Source: Paraspadella gotoi
Lineage: Eukaryota; Animalia; Chaetognatha
Length of the DNA stretch: 64,000 bases
Direction of reading: 5' to 3'
NCBI GenBank assembly: GCA_051294375.1
Contig: CM119270.1
Coordinates: forward strand, 19,479,741 to 19,543,740
Shown here: piece by piece, positions 50,719 through 62,230 of the stretch
Layout: each line of letters starts with the position of its first letter
How positions within the stretch are numbered: the first letter of the stretch is position 1
Translations under genes and position numbers: made by a program
The notes under the pieces: generated by a model
Databases searched by the model: none
Told to the model about the DNA's origin: nothing
The model's input: the letters and a program-made list of their open reading frames with translations, nothing else

Positions 50719-51850
50719 CTGCGCGGATAATACAAATTTGAGCGGAGATTTGGAAAATATAATCGCGTTTATCGAATGTTCACGTTTTTCACGATCGTCG
50801 GTGAAAAGTGATATAAAGAAAGAAGAGAGAAAAGTTCACAGGCGAGGGAATAGAAAATTGGATCGGGGCGAAAGGGAGAATAATTTTTCTTTTCGAAAAT
50901 TGCAGATGGCGATTGTAAAAAAAATGTCAAATTTCACTGCATCTAACCTTCTAGAAACTAAGGGAAGGCAAATCGTTATACGATCGGGTAAATCACGGAA
51001 AAGGGAAAGATTTTTTTTTAGTTCTTAAAACTTGTTTTTTTAGATCTAACTAGTCTTTAAAATTGGATAATAAGCAAAGAAAAAAAGCTAGGACATAATT
51101 TTGTTTTGTTTTCAAATTGATTTTTATTTTTTTATTATTTTTTTTTTGGAGGCGATTTTTTTTTCTTAAACCATTTTTATCCATAAAAATGAATTCCATA
51201 TAAAAAACGGAACAAGGATGGAACAATCGTTATATTGCCACAAGAAAATGTGGAAAAACTTGTAAAAAAAAAAAGGAAATTTTTGTTGAAAAGTTGGGAC
51301 AAGCGAATTTTCAAAACAAAAAAGGTCAGTGGATATGAGGCTGGGTCATAAATTCGGAAAGAGAAAAAGAAAACTGGACGTTACAAACAAAACATTAAAA
51401 AAAAAACTAAATTCAACGCTAAACGAAAAGGAGAAAAAGAAACACTGTTGTATTTTCGTAGTATTCGTTTAAAGAAAAACACTAACAACTTTTTTTTTAA
51501 ATCCCTGGATTAAGAGAATGGAAACGATATAAGATTTAAAATACGCCGCGACCATAGAAAAAAAAAATATTTTTTTTTCTAAACGTCGAGGTCATAATTA
51601 GTTTTAATAAATAAAAAGTATGAAATGATGTCTACGAAGCAAAAAAAATAATAATTGTATTTTTTTTATGTGTGTATGTGACGAGTTGTGTGGGGGGTAA
51701 TTTAATGCTAAACGTAACAATGTTGACTAGGAGATCTGATCGCGCTCTTTCTATCTTTTAAATATGATTCTTTGTTTGTTTGTTTATAAAATAAAGTATT
51801 AAAAGAGATTGAGCGGATTCATTTCTCTTTCGCTAGTCGTCGTCGCGTCG

Positions 51851-53785
51851 TCAAGCCACGTTGAGCATGTTATAGTAATTCTTGGGACAGTTCCTGACCA
51901 CGTGACCGTACTGCAAGCAGTGAAAGCATTGCTTGTCGTTCGGGATCTCCACGCCGGGCGGGAGACCCGAGGGACACTCTCGCGGCAAGTGACCCGGTTT
52001 ACCGCATTTGTGGCAAGTCGGCCGCAATTGCTGTTGTTGCTGCGAAGGATTTGGGGCGGACTGCGGCAGAGTTTGATGCTGCGCATGACCGCGTAGATTT
52101 TGCTGCTGTTGAAAGCGATGATATAAGAACTGTTGCTGCAGCGCCAACTGGAGGCGTCGCTGGTGATGCTGATGTTGTTGCGTATGATGATGATGGAGAT
52201 GCGGGAAGGAAATTTTGGGGTTGAAGACGGGAAACTGGCGAGAGTAGGCGTCGGCGGCGGACCGAAACGCCGCCGCCGCCGACACGGCCGCCGACAGAGC
52301 CGCCGTTGACGCAGAAGGCTGCAGCCGAAGAGGTTCTCCGGCCCAGCCAAAGCCTCTCGCCGGAATCGAGTGAGGCTGCTGTTGCCTAGGAAACTGCGGC
52401 GGGCGATGCTGCACGCGTTGCGTCGTCGGCTGCGGCGGTTGAGTTTTCTGCGGCTGCTGAGGCGGCGGAATCGCCGATTGTTCTTGGACTGATGTCGATT
52501 CCTTTGCCTCTTCTGCCGCCGCGGCCGCCGCGGCCGCCGTCGCCGCCGCCGCCGCCTCCTTACCCTTCGGATCCCTCACCCTGTCGTAGTCAATCGGTCT
52601 GAAGACGTATTCGTCGAAGTTGCGTCGCGCGGAAAAATCAGCGAGAGCGCCAAAGTCTTGATTGAGAAAATCGCCGCCGCCGCCGCGGCCGCTGCTGCTG
52701 CCGACGACGCCGAGAAACCGCGGGAGTTTGGAGAGATCGGGCGGCGCATCGTCGTCCTCGTTGGCGACGGAGGCGGCGGAGCGTTCCTCCATCTCCCGCT
52801 CGACTTCTTCCGCCGCCTCCAACGTCGCCTCCCACGATTCCCCGCCCATCAGAGTTCGTCGGAAGGCGAGGGAAATCCTCGTGGCTTCCTTGGAAAGTCT
52901 CGTGGAGAAGGCAAGGCACAACTCGTCCCGTTCCGGATCTGTCAAGGGGGGCGAAGGTTGTGGAGATGGTGGTCGGGGAGAGGATTGTGGTTGGGGGTTA
53001 TGTGGGTGGAGGAAGTTTGAGCGGAGGGTGTCGGAAAAGAGTTGAGGGGAAAGAGTGGAGGGAGGATGAGGAGGAGGAGGAGGAGGAGGAGGAGATGAGG
53101 GCGTGGTTGAACCTGAGAGCGGCGTCGCTTTCGTCGTCGTTGTCGTCGTCGTCGTCGTCGTCCCCCGTAGCGGCGGAAACTCTTCCTCGTCATCGAGATC
53201 CATGAGAGTGTAGTCTGAAGTTGACGAGCTGCTCGAGCCGTCGTCCGCCTGCGCCTCCCGATGCGACCGCCTCGCCTGGCGGTACGTCTCGAAGGCTTTT
53301 CGTTTCCGTTGGGCGTATTCGCTGACCGCCTCCTCCTCCTCTTGCGCCACCCGATAAAAGGTGGACATGTCCTTGAGCACGGCGTCCAACTCCGCCTCGC
53401 CGCCTTCCTCGACGAGCCGCTTGACCGCCTCCGAGACGTCCTCGCCGCAGGCGAGGTTAGCCGCATCGACGAGCCGTTGCAAGTGGACGGGCGGCTCCTT
53501 GGAGGCGGGAGAGGGTGGTCGGTCGGCGGAAGGCTCCGTCTCCGGTCGCAGAGAAAGTCGTTCGAGGCTCAAGCCCGTCGCGTCGACCACGGTTTCCGGA
53601 AAGTGGGGCCTTGGCGAGGGCTGCCGAGAGGGCGGCTGAGCGTGCCGTCCGGGCTGCCGATCCAGACTTTGGTTCCGGTTGTTTCGCAAGTTCATGAATC
53701 GAGGGATTTGATGTCGTTGAGATTTGTAGTGAAGATGTTGAGTCGCGGCATGAGATCGATTCGGATGGGATACGGTACACGGCAT
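51851..53785 (-). CDS. 644-aa intronless protein with acidic/helical and P/Q/H-rich regions and two C-terminal CCHC zinc knuckles
   Basis: Long GC-rich ORF in an AT-rich context; CHKCGKPGHLPREC and CFHCLQYGHVVRNC both fit CX2CX4HX4C. Confidence 0.85.
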   Translation of the reverse strand: MPCTVSHPNRSHAATQHLHYKSQRHQIPRFMNLRNNRNQSLDRQPGRHAQPPSRQPSPRPHFPETVVDATGLSLERLSLRPETEPSADRPPSPASKEPPVHLQRLVDAANLACGEDVSEAVKRLVEEGGEAELDAVLKDMSTFYRVAQEEEEAVSEYAQRKRKAFETYRQARRSHREAQADDGSSSSSTSDYTLMDLDDEEEFPPLRGTTTTTTTTTTKATPLSGSTTPSSPPPPPPPPHPPSTLSPQLFSDTLRSNFLHPHNPQPQSSPRPPSPQPSPPLTDPERDELCLAFSTRLSKEATRISLAFRRTLMGGESWEATLEAAEEVEREMEERSAASVANEDDDAPPDLSKLPRFLGVVGSSSGRGGGGDFLNQDFGALADFSARRNFDEYVFRPIDYDRVRDPKGKEAAAAATAAAAAAAAEEAKESTSVQEQSAIPPPQQPQKTQPPQPTTQRVQHRPPQFPRQQQPHSIPARGFGWAGEPLRLQPSASTAALSAAVSAAAAFRSAADAYSRQFPVFNPKISFPHLHHHHTQQHQHHQRRLQLALQQQFLYHRFQQQQNLRGHAQHQTLPQSAPNPSQQQQQLRPTCHKCGKPGHLPRECPSGLPPGVEIPNDKQCFHCLQYGHVVRNCPKNYYNMLNVA

Positions 53786-54196
53786 TTTTACGAACCAGTT
53801 TTTTTTACGCTTCGGATGGACAGAGGGCGGGCTAATTTAAATTAATTGATCTTTTTTCGTTTTTATATCGATTTTTCTTTTTTTCTTTTGTTTTTTTTTT
53901 TTTTTTGAGAGTGCCGAGTTCGTGAAAAGGGTTTTATTCGCAAAGCGCGATCAAGGTATTGCTCAAGGTATTAATGTTTTAAAAATGATCTCACTGAGTT
54001 GAGTTTACATTTTGAAAACCTTTGTTTGTATTTTTGTGAGTTTTTTCTCGTGAAAAAACGTGAGTTTTACGTTTTGACACGAAAATCCACGTGGGTTGTT
54101 GTATTGCCGGGTTTGAGTCTCTCGACTTTTCTGTAAGAGGGAAAGACGATTGAGAAAGAGAGAGAGAGACGGAGAAAACGTGGCCTGCGAGTGTGT

Positions 54197-54283
<87 letters not shown>

Positions 54284-54399
54284 AGCGAGCAGAGAAAGCA
54301 AAAATCGAGAAGAAGAAAATAGAAAAGCAAATAATAGGGAAGAGGAAGAGGAAAGTGTAAGAGGAAGAGTCAGAGAGCGAGGAAGAAGAGAGGGAAATG

Positions 54400-54469
<70 letters not shown>

Positions 54470-55499
54470 CGGCCAATTTGACTGTCCTACCAGTTTTGGT
54501 TCTTACTCAGCTGCGGCGAAAGAGAGAGAAGATGAGTTCTGTTTAGGAAATCCCGCAGCGTTTTATTCTGTGCGAGTGCGAGAGAGAGAGTCAGAGGGAG
54601 AGAGACAGAGAGGTTTTAGGACACGTAGCCTTTTTGGCGCGAGCGTTTCGGAAACCGCGAAGGCTAATGTTTCCACGATGCCATCGCGTGCTGTCGCGTG
54701 CAGCCGTCGGTCGCCTCGAGAACGTGAAATACAATCGATGGAGTTTTCCGAAAGCGGTTAAGTCGTATTGTATTGCATTGTATTCATAATATTAGCCGAA
54801 TTTGAATCTAAAATTTAAAGATGATGTACTTAAAAGGAAAAATAAATGGAAATGGCGAATTAGTTTAAATGTTTTCGTCATCTTATTTTTTGTTATCTTG
54901 CAAAACTTTGTGTCTTTGGTGGAAACAAACGAATTGAAAGAATTTCGAAATATTTACCTTTTATTTTTTTTTCGTCCTTCAAATAGTATTTTTCAGAGAT
55001 GAAAGAAAAGGAAAGACAAAAAAAAAAATAGAAAACCTTTTTAGTCCAAAATTTGAAGAGTTTTCAGTTTTAGATTTCAGATTTCAGAATTAAAAAAAAA
55101 AAACAACTAAATTTGTAGATGATTTTTGTCTATTTTTTAACCGAAAGAAACTAAAAATTGGATAAATTTTCACTATTAAGTTATAAAGAAATGTTAGTCA
55201 AGCAAAATCGATAAACTTACCCTTTACAATTTTACCAGACAGATGATTTTCATTCAAGGAGTCCCTGAAAAGGAATTGCGTAACTTTAATTTAATTTATT
55301 CGCGTTAAAACTTAAAACTGGTTTGGAAGTTTTACGAAACCACAAAAAAGTTTGTTTTTTTTTAAAATAGAGAATTCAGGTTTCAAACTAATCAATTTTG
55401 ACTTCAAATGTCATTACTTTTGGTCATTTTTTAAGATTTATGTAGCGAGCCTGAGAAATTAATAAGGTTGTGAGCTCAATAAATAGACAAAAAGTAAGA

Positions 55500-55777
55500 G
55501 TGAAGCGGCTGGTATAACAGGTTTTACAGGTTATACGGGTCCTTTATAAGGCGATACACCGTCAGAGATTGCTTCTTCGTGGTGAAAGGGAGACAGTATG
55601 TTCATGCAGTCCTATGATTTGAATCTGGCTGCAAGGCCATGACTACTGGCGGGTTAACCGGTCAATCAGACTTTCTACATATCAACCTTAGGGATCGAAC
55701 CAGGGACGCACATTGGGATGGTGCATTAGTCCACAGAGGCACTGCTTTAATCCAAATGTGGTGATATTTCCACCAGA
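55500..55777 (-). mobile_element. Putative tRNA-derived SINE
   Basis: On - strand an A-box-like tggattaaagc is followed by B-box-like cctggttcgatccc and a ~200-nt body; balanced composition in AT-rich flanks. Confidence 0.5.
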
Positions 55778-56712
55778 AGACATTTAAGTCGAAATTAGAA
55801 AAAAAAACAAGTCAAACAAGACAAGCAAGCAAGCAAGAGCCGAAACTTACCATAAGTTATGGTTAATAAATTTCAAAACATTCTAATTTATTTTCGTTGA
55901 TTTTTTGTTTAATTCGGTTTCCTTAATAAAGCAAAAAATTATCTTGCGTTTGTTGTTGTTGTTGTTGTTGTCCTTCTGTTCCATCATTTCGAGATTCCAT
56001 CGACGCAGACACGATCGTCACCCCCCCCTTTGTATCTCCCCGCCCCCCCATGTGGACCCATGAACTCGTCGTCCCCTTTCATCTCTTTCCCTTTGTTTCG
56101 TCGTACGAAACGAAAAAAAAGTCGAAACAAAGGGACAAAAGAAAACAGAGGGGACAAAAGTCGTGACTCAATTAAATCTTGACAGTCGCGTGGATTGTGA
56201 ATCAAAAGAGAAATGAATCGTTAATAAAGCGAGAATGAATACAGTGAAGTGAAGTGAAGTTGATAATGATTGAGTGATTAAACTTAGCTTATTTTTAAAG
56301 ACATGATTGATGTGTTATTAAACTTAAAAGCCAATCGATCGAATTAGCTAAAAGTCACGAAACCAGTTTTGTAGTAATGATTTAACAACCTTAAATCGAA
56401 ATCAATTTTTTTTTTTGTGCCGGAGAGAAAAAGTCTTTCTTCTTCAAAAAATATTTCTCGTCGTCCTTGAGAAAGGGAGAGGGATCGACCAATGGGAAGC
56501 GAACGACATCAAGGAGAAGCGAACGAACGAACGAATCAGAAGCGAACGGAGTCAAGGAGAAGCGAACGAAAGACTCGAACGCGCGCGCGAACCAATGAGA
56601 TTCCGATTATCCTTCAAGTTTAAGCGAAAAATCGAGCAGAAGGAAATTAAGTCGGGCAGAGGGCGTCGAAAAAAAAGTTGCTACTTTGTCGGTTTTCCGG
56701 GTTGCCTCCTTT

Positions 56713-56754
<42 letters not shown>

Positions 56755-57048
56755 GTCACTCCTTTGCTGAAACAGTCGATAAAACCTTGACCTCCGAACG
56801 AAACGTCTTTCAATCGTTATTGTCGTCGTCGTCGTCGTCGTTGATGTCGTCGTCGTCGTTGTTGTCGTTGTAGTTTTTGTTATTTCCTTCGTAGTGGTGA
56901 ATGTTTTATGTGTTTTCGATATCATATCGTTTATTTACGATTTTTATTGATATCGGTGGTTTTTGTCGTAGTTGCGCAACAACAACAACGACATCTAAAA
57001 AAGACGCCATCGCCGATGTTCCTTTCGGTTGCAATTGTGCTGCCACCG

Positions 57049-57085
<37 letters not shown>

Positions 57086-57203
57086 TAGTATGATACTCAA
57101 CCAATCAAACAGAGATATGAAATAAGGTCGACATTGTTCTTCTCTGAATGCGAAAGAAGGAAAGGAAAAAAATAATGAATAAATGAATTAAAATGATAAA
57201 AAA

Positions 57204-57204
<1 letters not shown>

Positions 57205-57291
<87 letters not shown>

Positions 57292-57343
57292 AGGAAAAAA
57301 CGAACGAACGAACGAACGAACGAACGAACGAACGAACGAACGA
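57205..57343. repeat. (GAAA)n followed by (GAAC)n microsatellites
   Basis: Direct reading. Confidence 0.92.
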
Positions 57344-57558
57344 AGTTTTCGATTCCAGTCTGATTTTTAACTAATCAGTAATCAACAATTTCATTTCTTT
57401 CAATTTTATGAGCTCAATAGTTTAATTTATCCATGAGATCCATGAGATCTTGATTTAAATTTATTATATAAAATCAACGATAAATAATAATCAATAAATC
57501 TCACATAAATCTTCCCCCCTTACTCTAAATCTTCCCCTTCCCACTTCCCCCCCAACAG

Positions 57559-57689
57559 AAATCTCCACGCCTTTCCCATCTCCCCTTATTTCATCGCCCA
57601 AACGCAAGACGGCGGAAGTCACTACGCGGGCCTCTTGGCCGCCGGACAGAACGGCAACGCCAATGGCTGCTCCACCTTTACCCCGTCGG
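57559..57689 (+). CDS. Eph: Eph receptor exon: juxtamembrane segment
   Basis: caacag acceptor and gtgagg donor; phases 2/1 join the TM exon in frame: DYR-NLHAFPISPYFIAQTQDGGSHYAGLLAAGQNGNANGCSTFTPS. Confidence 0.75.
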
Positions 57690-57846
57690 GTGAGGAAAAT
57701 GGACATGACATGACATGGTTACATTACAGGATCGTCAGTTTTTCTTACTATTTAAATTCTATCTATTTCTCTCTCTCTCTCTCTCTTCTCTCTACTCTTT
57801 TTCTTCTCTTTCCTTTTTTCTTCTCTCTCTTCCTCTCTCTCTCTTC

Positions 57847-57881
<35 letters not shown>

Positions 57882-58154
57882 TCTCTCTTCTCTCTCTCTC
57901 TCTCTTCTCCTCTCTCTCTCTACTCTCTCTCTCTCTCTCTCCCTCTCCCTATCTCTCTCCTCCCACCTCCCCCTCTCTCTCTCCCTCCCCAACCTCACCT
58001 GTACTTTGACCTCGTCCAACCACCTCGACTCTCTTTCTCTTTTACTTTTTCTCCTGACCACCTCCGACTTTATCCTTCCCACCATCAAACCACCATCGCC
58101 TCTCCCCACTTACCTCTTACCGCCCTCATCACCCCCTCCATACCACCCCCTCAG

Positions 58155-58265
58155 GCTCGATGCGGACTACGTTGACCCCACGTTACGAAGATCCCGGTCT
58201 GGCCGGTGAGACATTCACGCGGAGATCGATCCCTCGGACATCACGATCGACTCGATCCTCGGTGG
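58155..58265 (+). CDS. Eph: Eph receptor exon: juxtamembrane tyrosines and approach to the kinase domain (with indel errors)
   Basis: Reads across frames as MRT/YVDP/YEDPGLA/FTR/EIDPSDITIDSILG, the Eph YVDP.TYEDP..A...F..EID...I.I...IG motif. Confidence 0.88.
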
Positions 58266-58338
58266 GTTTGTGGGCGGAGCTGTGGGCGGAGCTGTGGGCA
58301 GATATGTTGGCGGNNNNNNNNNNNNNNNNNNNNNNNNN

Positions 58339-61300
58339 AAATTCCGGTTGATGGCGAAAATGCCAAATATTTAAGGGATGTCGTTTTTGGCAAATACCTG
58401 GAAATGGAGGCTTGGCAAAAAAACCTTTTTCAGTAGGCGTTGCCAACATTAACAAAATGCGGCATCTGGCCTTCTGGCACCGGTTTATTACCATCTTCTG
58501 CCGCTTCTTAAAAAAAACAGAGCTGAGATTTCTTTCTGGAAACTTATCTGACCAAAGATCTAGTCAATTCCGTTTGAGGAAGTGTGGGGCTTTTCTCTTT
58601 GACGATTCTTTGAAGGGAAGAAGTTGGAAAATACTGGGAAAGAAGCGGAATAAACCCTCACTGGGATCCGCTGGATTGGTTGGAGATGGATTCGGATTCG
58701 GGAGGACAAGGCTGATTGACTGAAGAAACCGTGACAAGGGATGGAAAGGTTTTGGGACGGTAAAAACCCTTTTGGCGGGTTGGGCAGAAGGAGTTTGATG
58801 GGAACATTCTTCCTGAACGGGCATCGGACTGGGAAAGGAACTGCCGTGATAGATAACCGGGACCAATCAAAGGACTTGGCAGTTGACGGTTTTTCCGGAA
58901 GGCAAGCAGAGGTTGTTTTCTGGTGGGTATTAGTGTGGGGAAACGGTTTTCTAACTGGGCCGAGGAAGTTGGGGCGGGGTCAAGAATAAAAAAAACTTTT
59001 TTGCTCTTTTTGTTATCTGAAGCCTTCGATATTTCGAAATTTGGGGCCCGCCAAGGGGCGGCTTTTCGAGTTTCTTTTTGCGCGGATAATTACAAAATTC
59101 TTTGGCGGAGATTTGGAAATATAATCGCGTTTATCGGGAAATGTTCACGTTTTCACGTTCGTCGTTGAAAAAGTGTGATATAAAGAAAGAAAAAGGGGAG
59201 AGAAAAGTTCACAGGGCGAGGGAATAGAAAAAAATTGGCATCGGGGCGAAAGGGAGGGAAATTTAATTTTTCTTTTCGGGAAAATTGCAGGATGGCGGAT
59301 TGTAAAAGAAAAAAATGGTCAAATTTCCACTTGCTTCTAAAAAAACCATTCTAGGGGGAAACTAAGGGGAAGGCAAAAAAATTCTTATTACGATCGGGTA
59401 AATGTGCACGGGGAAAGGGAAAAGATTTTTTTAGTTCTTTAAAAAACTTGTTTTTTTTAGATCTAAAAAACTTAGCTTTTAAAAAAATTGGATTATAAGC
59501 AAAGAAAAAAAAAGCCTAGGACATTTAATTTTTGTTTTGTTTCCAAATTGATTTTTTTTTAATTTTTTTTTATTATTTTTTTTTTTTGAGGCGGATTTTT
59601 TTTTCTTAAAAAACCATTTTTATCCATTAAAAAAAAAATTGGGAATTCCATATAAAAAAAACGGAAAACAAGGATGGAAACCCAATGGTTTAACTTTTTT
59701 GCCACAAGGGGAAATGTGGGAAAAAAACCTTGTAAAAAAAAAAAAAGGGGAAAAATTTTTTGTTTGAAAAAGTTGGGGGACAAGCGAATTTTCAAAAAAA
59801 CAAAAAAAAAAAGGTCAAGATGGATATGAGGGTGGGTCATTTAAAAATCGGGAAAAAGAAGAAAAAAGAAAAAACTTGGGGGACGTACAAAAAACAAAAA
59901 CAATTTAAAAAAAAAAAACTTAAATCAAAAACGCTAAAACGAAAAAGGAGAAAAAAAGGAAACACTGTTGATTTTCGTAAAGTATCGTTAAAGAAAAAAA
60001 ACACCTTTAACAAACTTTTTTTTTTTAAAATTCCTGGGATTAAAGAAGAATGGAAAAAAAACGATATAGAATTTTTAAAAAAATTACGGGCCGCGACCAT
60101 AGAAAAAAAAAAAAAAATATTTTTTTTTTCTAAAAAACGTCGAGGGTCATTAATTAGTTTTAATAATTTAAAAAAAAGTGATTGAAATTTGATGCCTACG
60201 AGCAAAAAAAAAAATAAATTAATTGTATTTTTTTTATGTTGTGTTTTATTGTGACGGAAGTTGTGTGGGGGGGTAATTTTTAAGCTAAAAAAACGTAAAC
60301 CCCAAATGTTGGGACTTAGGAGATCTTGATCCCGCGCTTTCTTTTCTATCTTTTTTAAAAATATGGATTCCTTTTGTTTGTTTGTTTTTAATAAAATAAG
60401 TATTAAAAGAGATGAGCGGATTTCATTTTTTCTCTTTCGGCTAGTCGGCGTCCGGCGTCGTCAAAGGCCCGTTGAGGCAATGTTATTTTTTAGTAAATTC
60501 TTGGGGACAGTTTCCTGACCACGTGGACCGTACTGCAAGCAGTTGGAAAAGCCCAATCTGTCGTTCCGGGAATCTCCACGGGGCCGGGCGGGAGACCCGG
60601 AGGGGACACTCTTCGGCGGGCAAAGATGGGGGGACCCGGTTTTCCGGCAATATGTGGGCAAGTCGGGCCGCCAATTTTTTGCTTGGTTGTTGCTGCGAAG
60701 GATTTTGGGGGGCGGACTTTTGCGGCAGAGGTTTTTGATGGCTGCGCATTTGACCGCGTTAGATTTTTGCTTGCCTGGTTTGGAAAAAGCGATTGAAATA
60801 TAATAAGAAACTGTTGCTGCCAAGCGGCCAACTGGAGGGCCGTCGCTTTTGGTGATGCTGATGGTTGTTTGCGTATTGATGATGATTGGGAGATGCGGGA
60901 AAGGAAAAAAAATTTTGGGGTTGAAGGACGGGGGGAAACTGGCGAGAGTAGGGGGCGGTCGGGGCGGGCGGACCGAAAACGGCCGCCGCCGCCGAACCCC
61001 AAACGGCCGGCCGACAGAAAAAGCCGCGTTGGACGCAGGGAAGGCTGCAGGCCGGAAAAGAGGTTCTCCGGGCCCAAGCCAAAGGGGCCTCTTTCGGCCG
61101 GAAATCGAGTGTAGGTGCTGTTGGCCTAGGGAAAACTGGCTGCGGGCGATGCTTGGGGCAAGCGTTGCGTCGGTCGGGGCTTTGCGGGGCGGTTTGGAGT
61201 TTTTCTGCGGCTGGCTGAGGCGGCGGAATTCGGGCCGAATTTTTGTTCTTGGACTGATGTCGATTCCTTTTTTGGCCCTCTTCTGGCCGCCCGCGGCCGG

Positions 61301-62184
61301 CCGCGGCCGCCGTCGGGCCCGGGCCCCGGGCCCCGGGGGGGCCGCCTCCTTACCCCCTTTTCGGATCCCCCCCCCCCCCAAAAACCCTGTCCCGTAGTCA
61401 ATTCCGGTTCTGAAGGGGGGAAAACGTTATTTCGTCGGAAAGTTTGCGGTCGCGCTGGAAAAATTTCAAGCGAGAGCGCCAAAGTCTTGGAATTGAGAAA
61501 AAAATTCGGCCGCCCGGCCGCCGCGGCCGCTGCTTGCTTGCCGAACGGGGGGGGACGCTCGAGAAAAAAAACCCGCGGGGGAGTTTGGGAGAGATCGGGG
61601 CGGCGCAATCGTTTTCTCCTCGTTTGCGACGGAAGGGCGGCGGAAAGGGCGTTCCTCCATCTTCCCCGCTCGACTTCTTTCCGCCGCCCCCAAAAAAACG
61701 TCGGGCCTTCCCCACGATTTCCCGCCCCATCCAAGGAGTTCGGTCGGAAGGCGAGGGAAAAATGTCCTTCGTTGGCTTCCTTTGGGAAAAAGGGTCTCGG
61801 GAGAAGGCAAAGGCCCACAAAACTCGTCCCGGTTCCGGATCTGTCCCCAAGGGGGGGCGAAAGGGGTTGTGGAGGGATTGGTTTGGGTCGGGGAGAGGAT
61901 TGTGGGTATTTGGGGGTTATTGTTGGGTGGAGGGAAGGTTTGAAAGGTCGAGGGCTGTCGGGAAAAGAGTTGAGGGGCGGGAAAGAGTTGTGGAGGGGAG
62001 GGATGAGGGAGGGGAGGAGGGAGGGAGGAGGAGATGAGGGCGTGGTTTTTGAAAACCCTTGAGAGCGGGGGCGTCCGCTTTTTCGTCGTCGGTTTCGTCG
62101 GTCGTTCGGGTCGGTCGTCGTCGTCCCCCGTAGCGGGCGGAAAAAACTCTTTTCTGTTTTTCCCCCCCCCTCCCCGCCCCCCCG

Positions 62185-62230
<46 letters not shown>

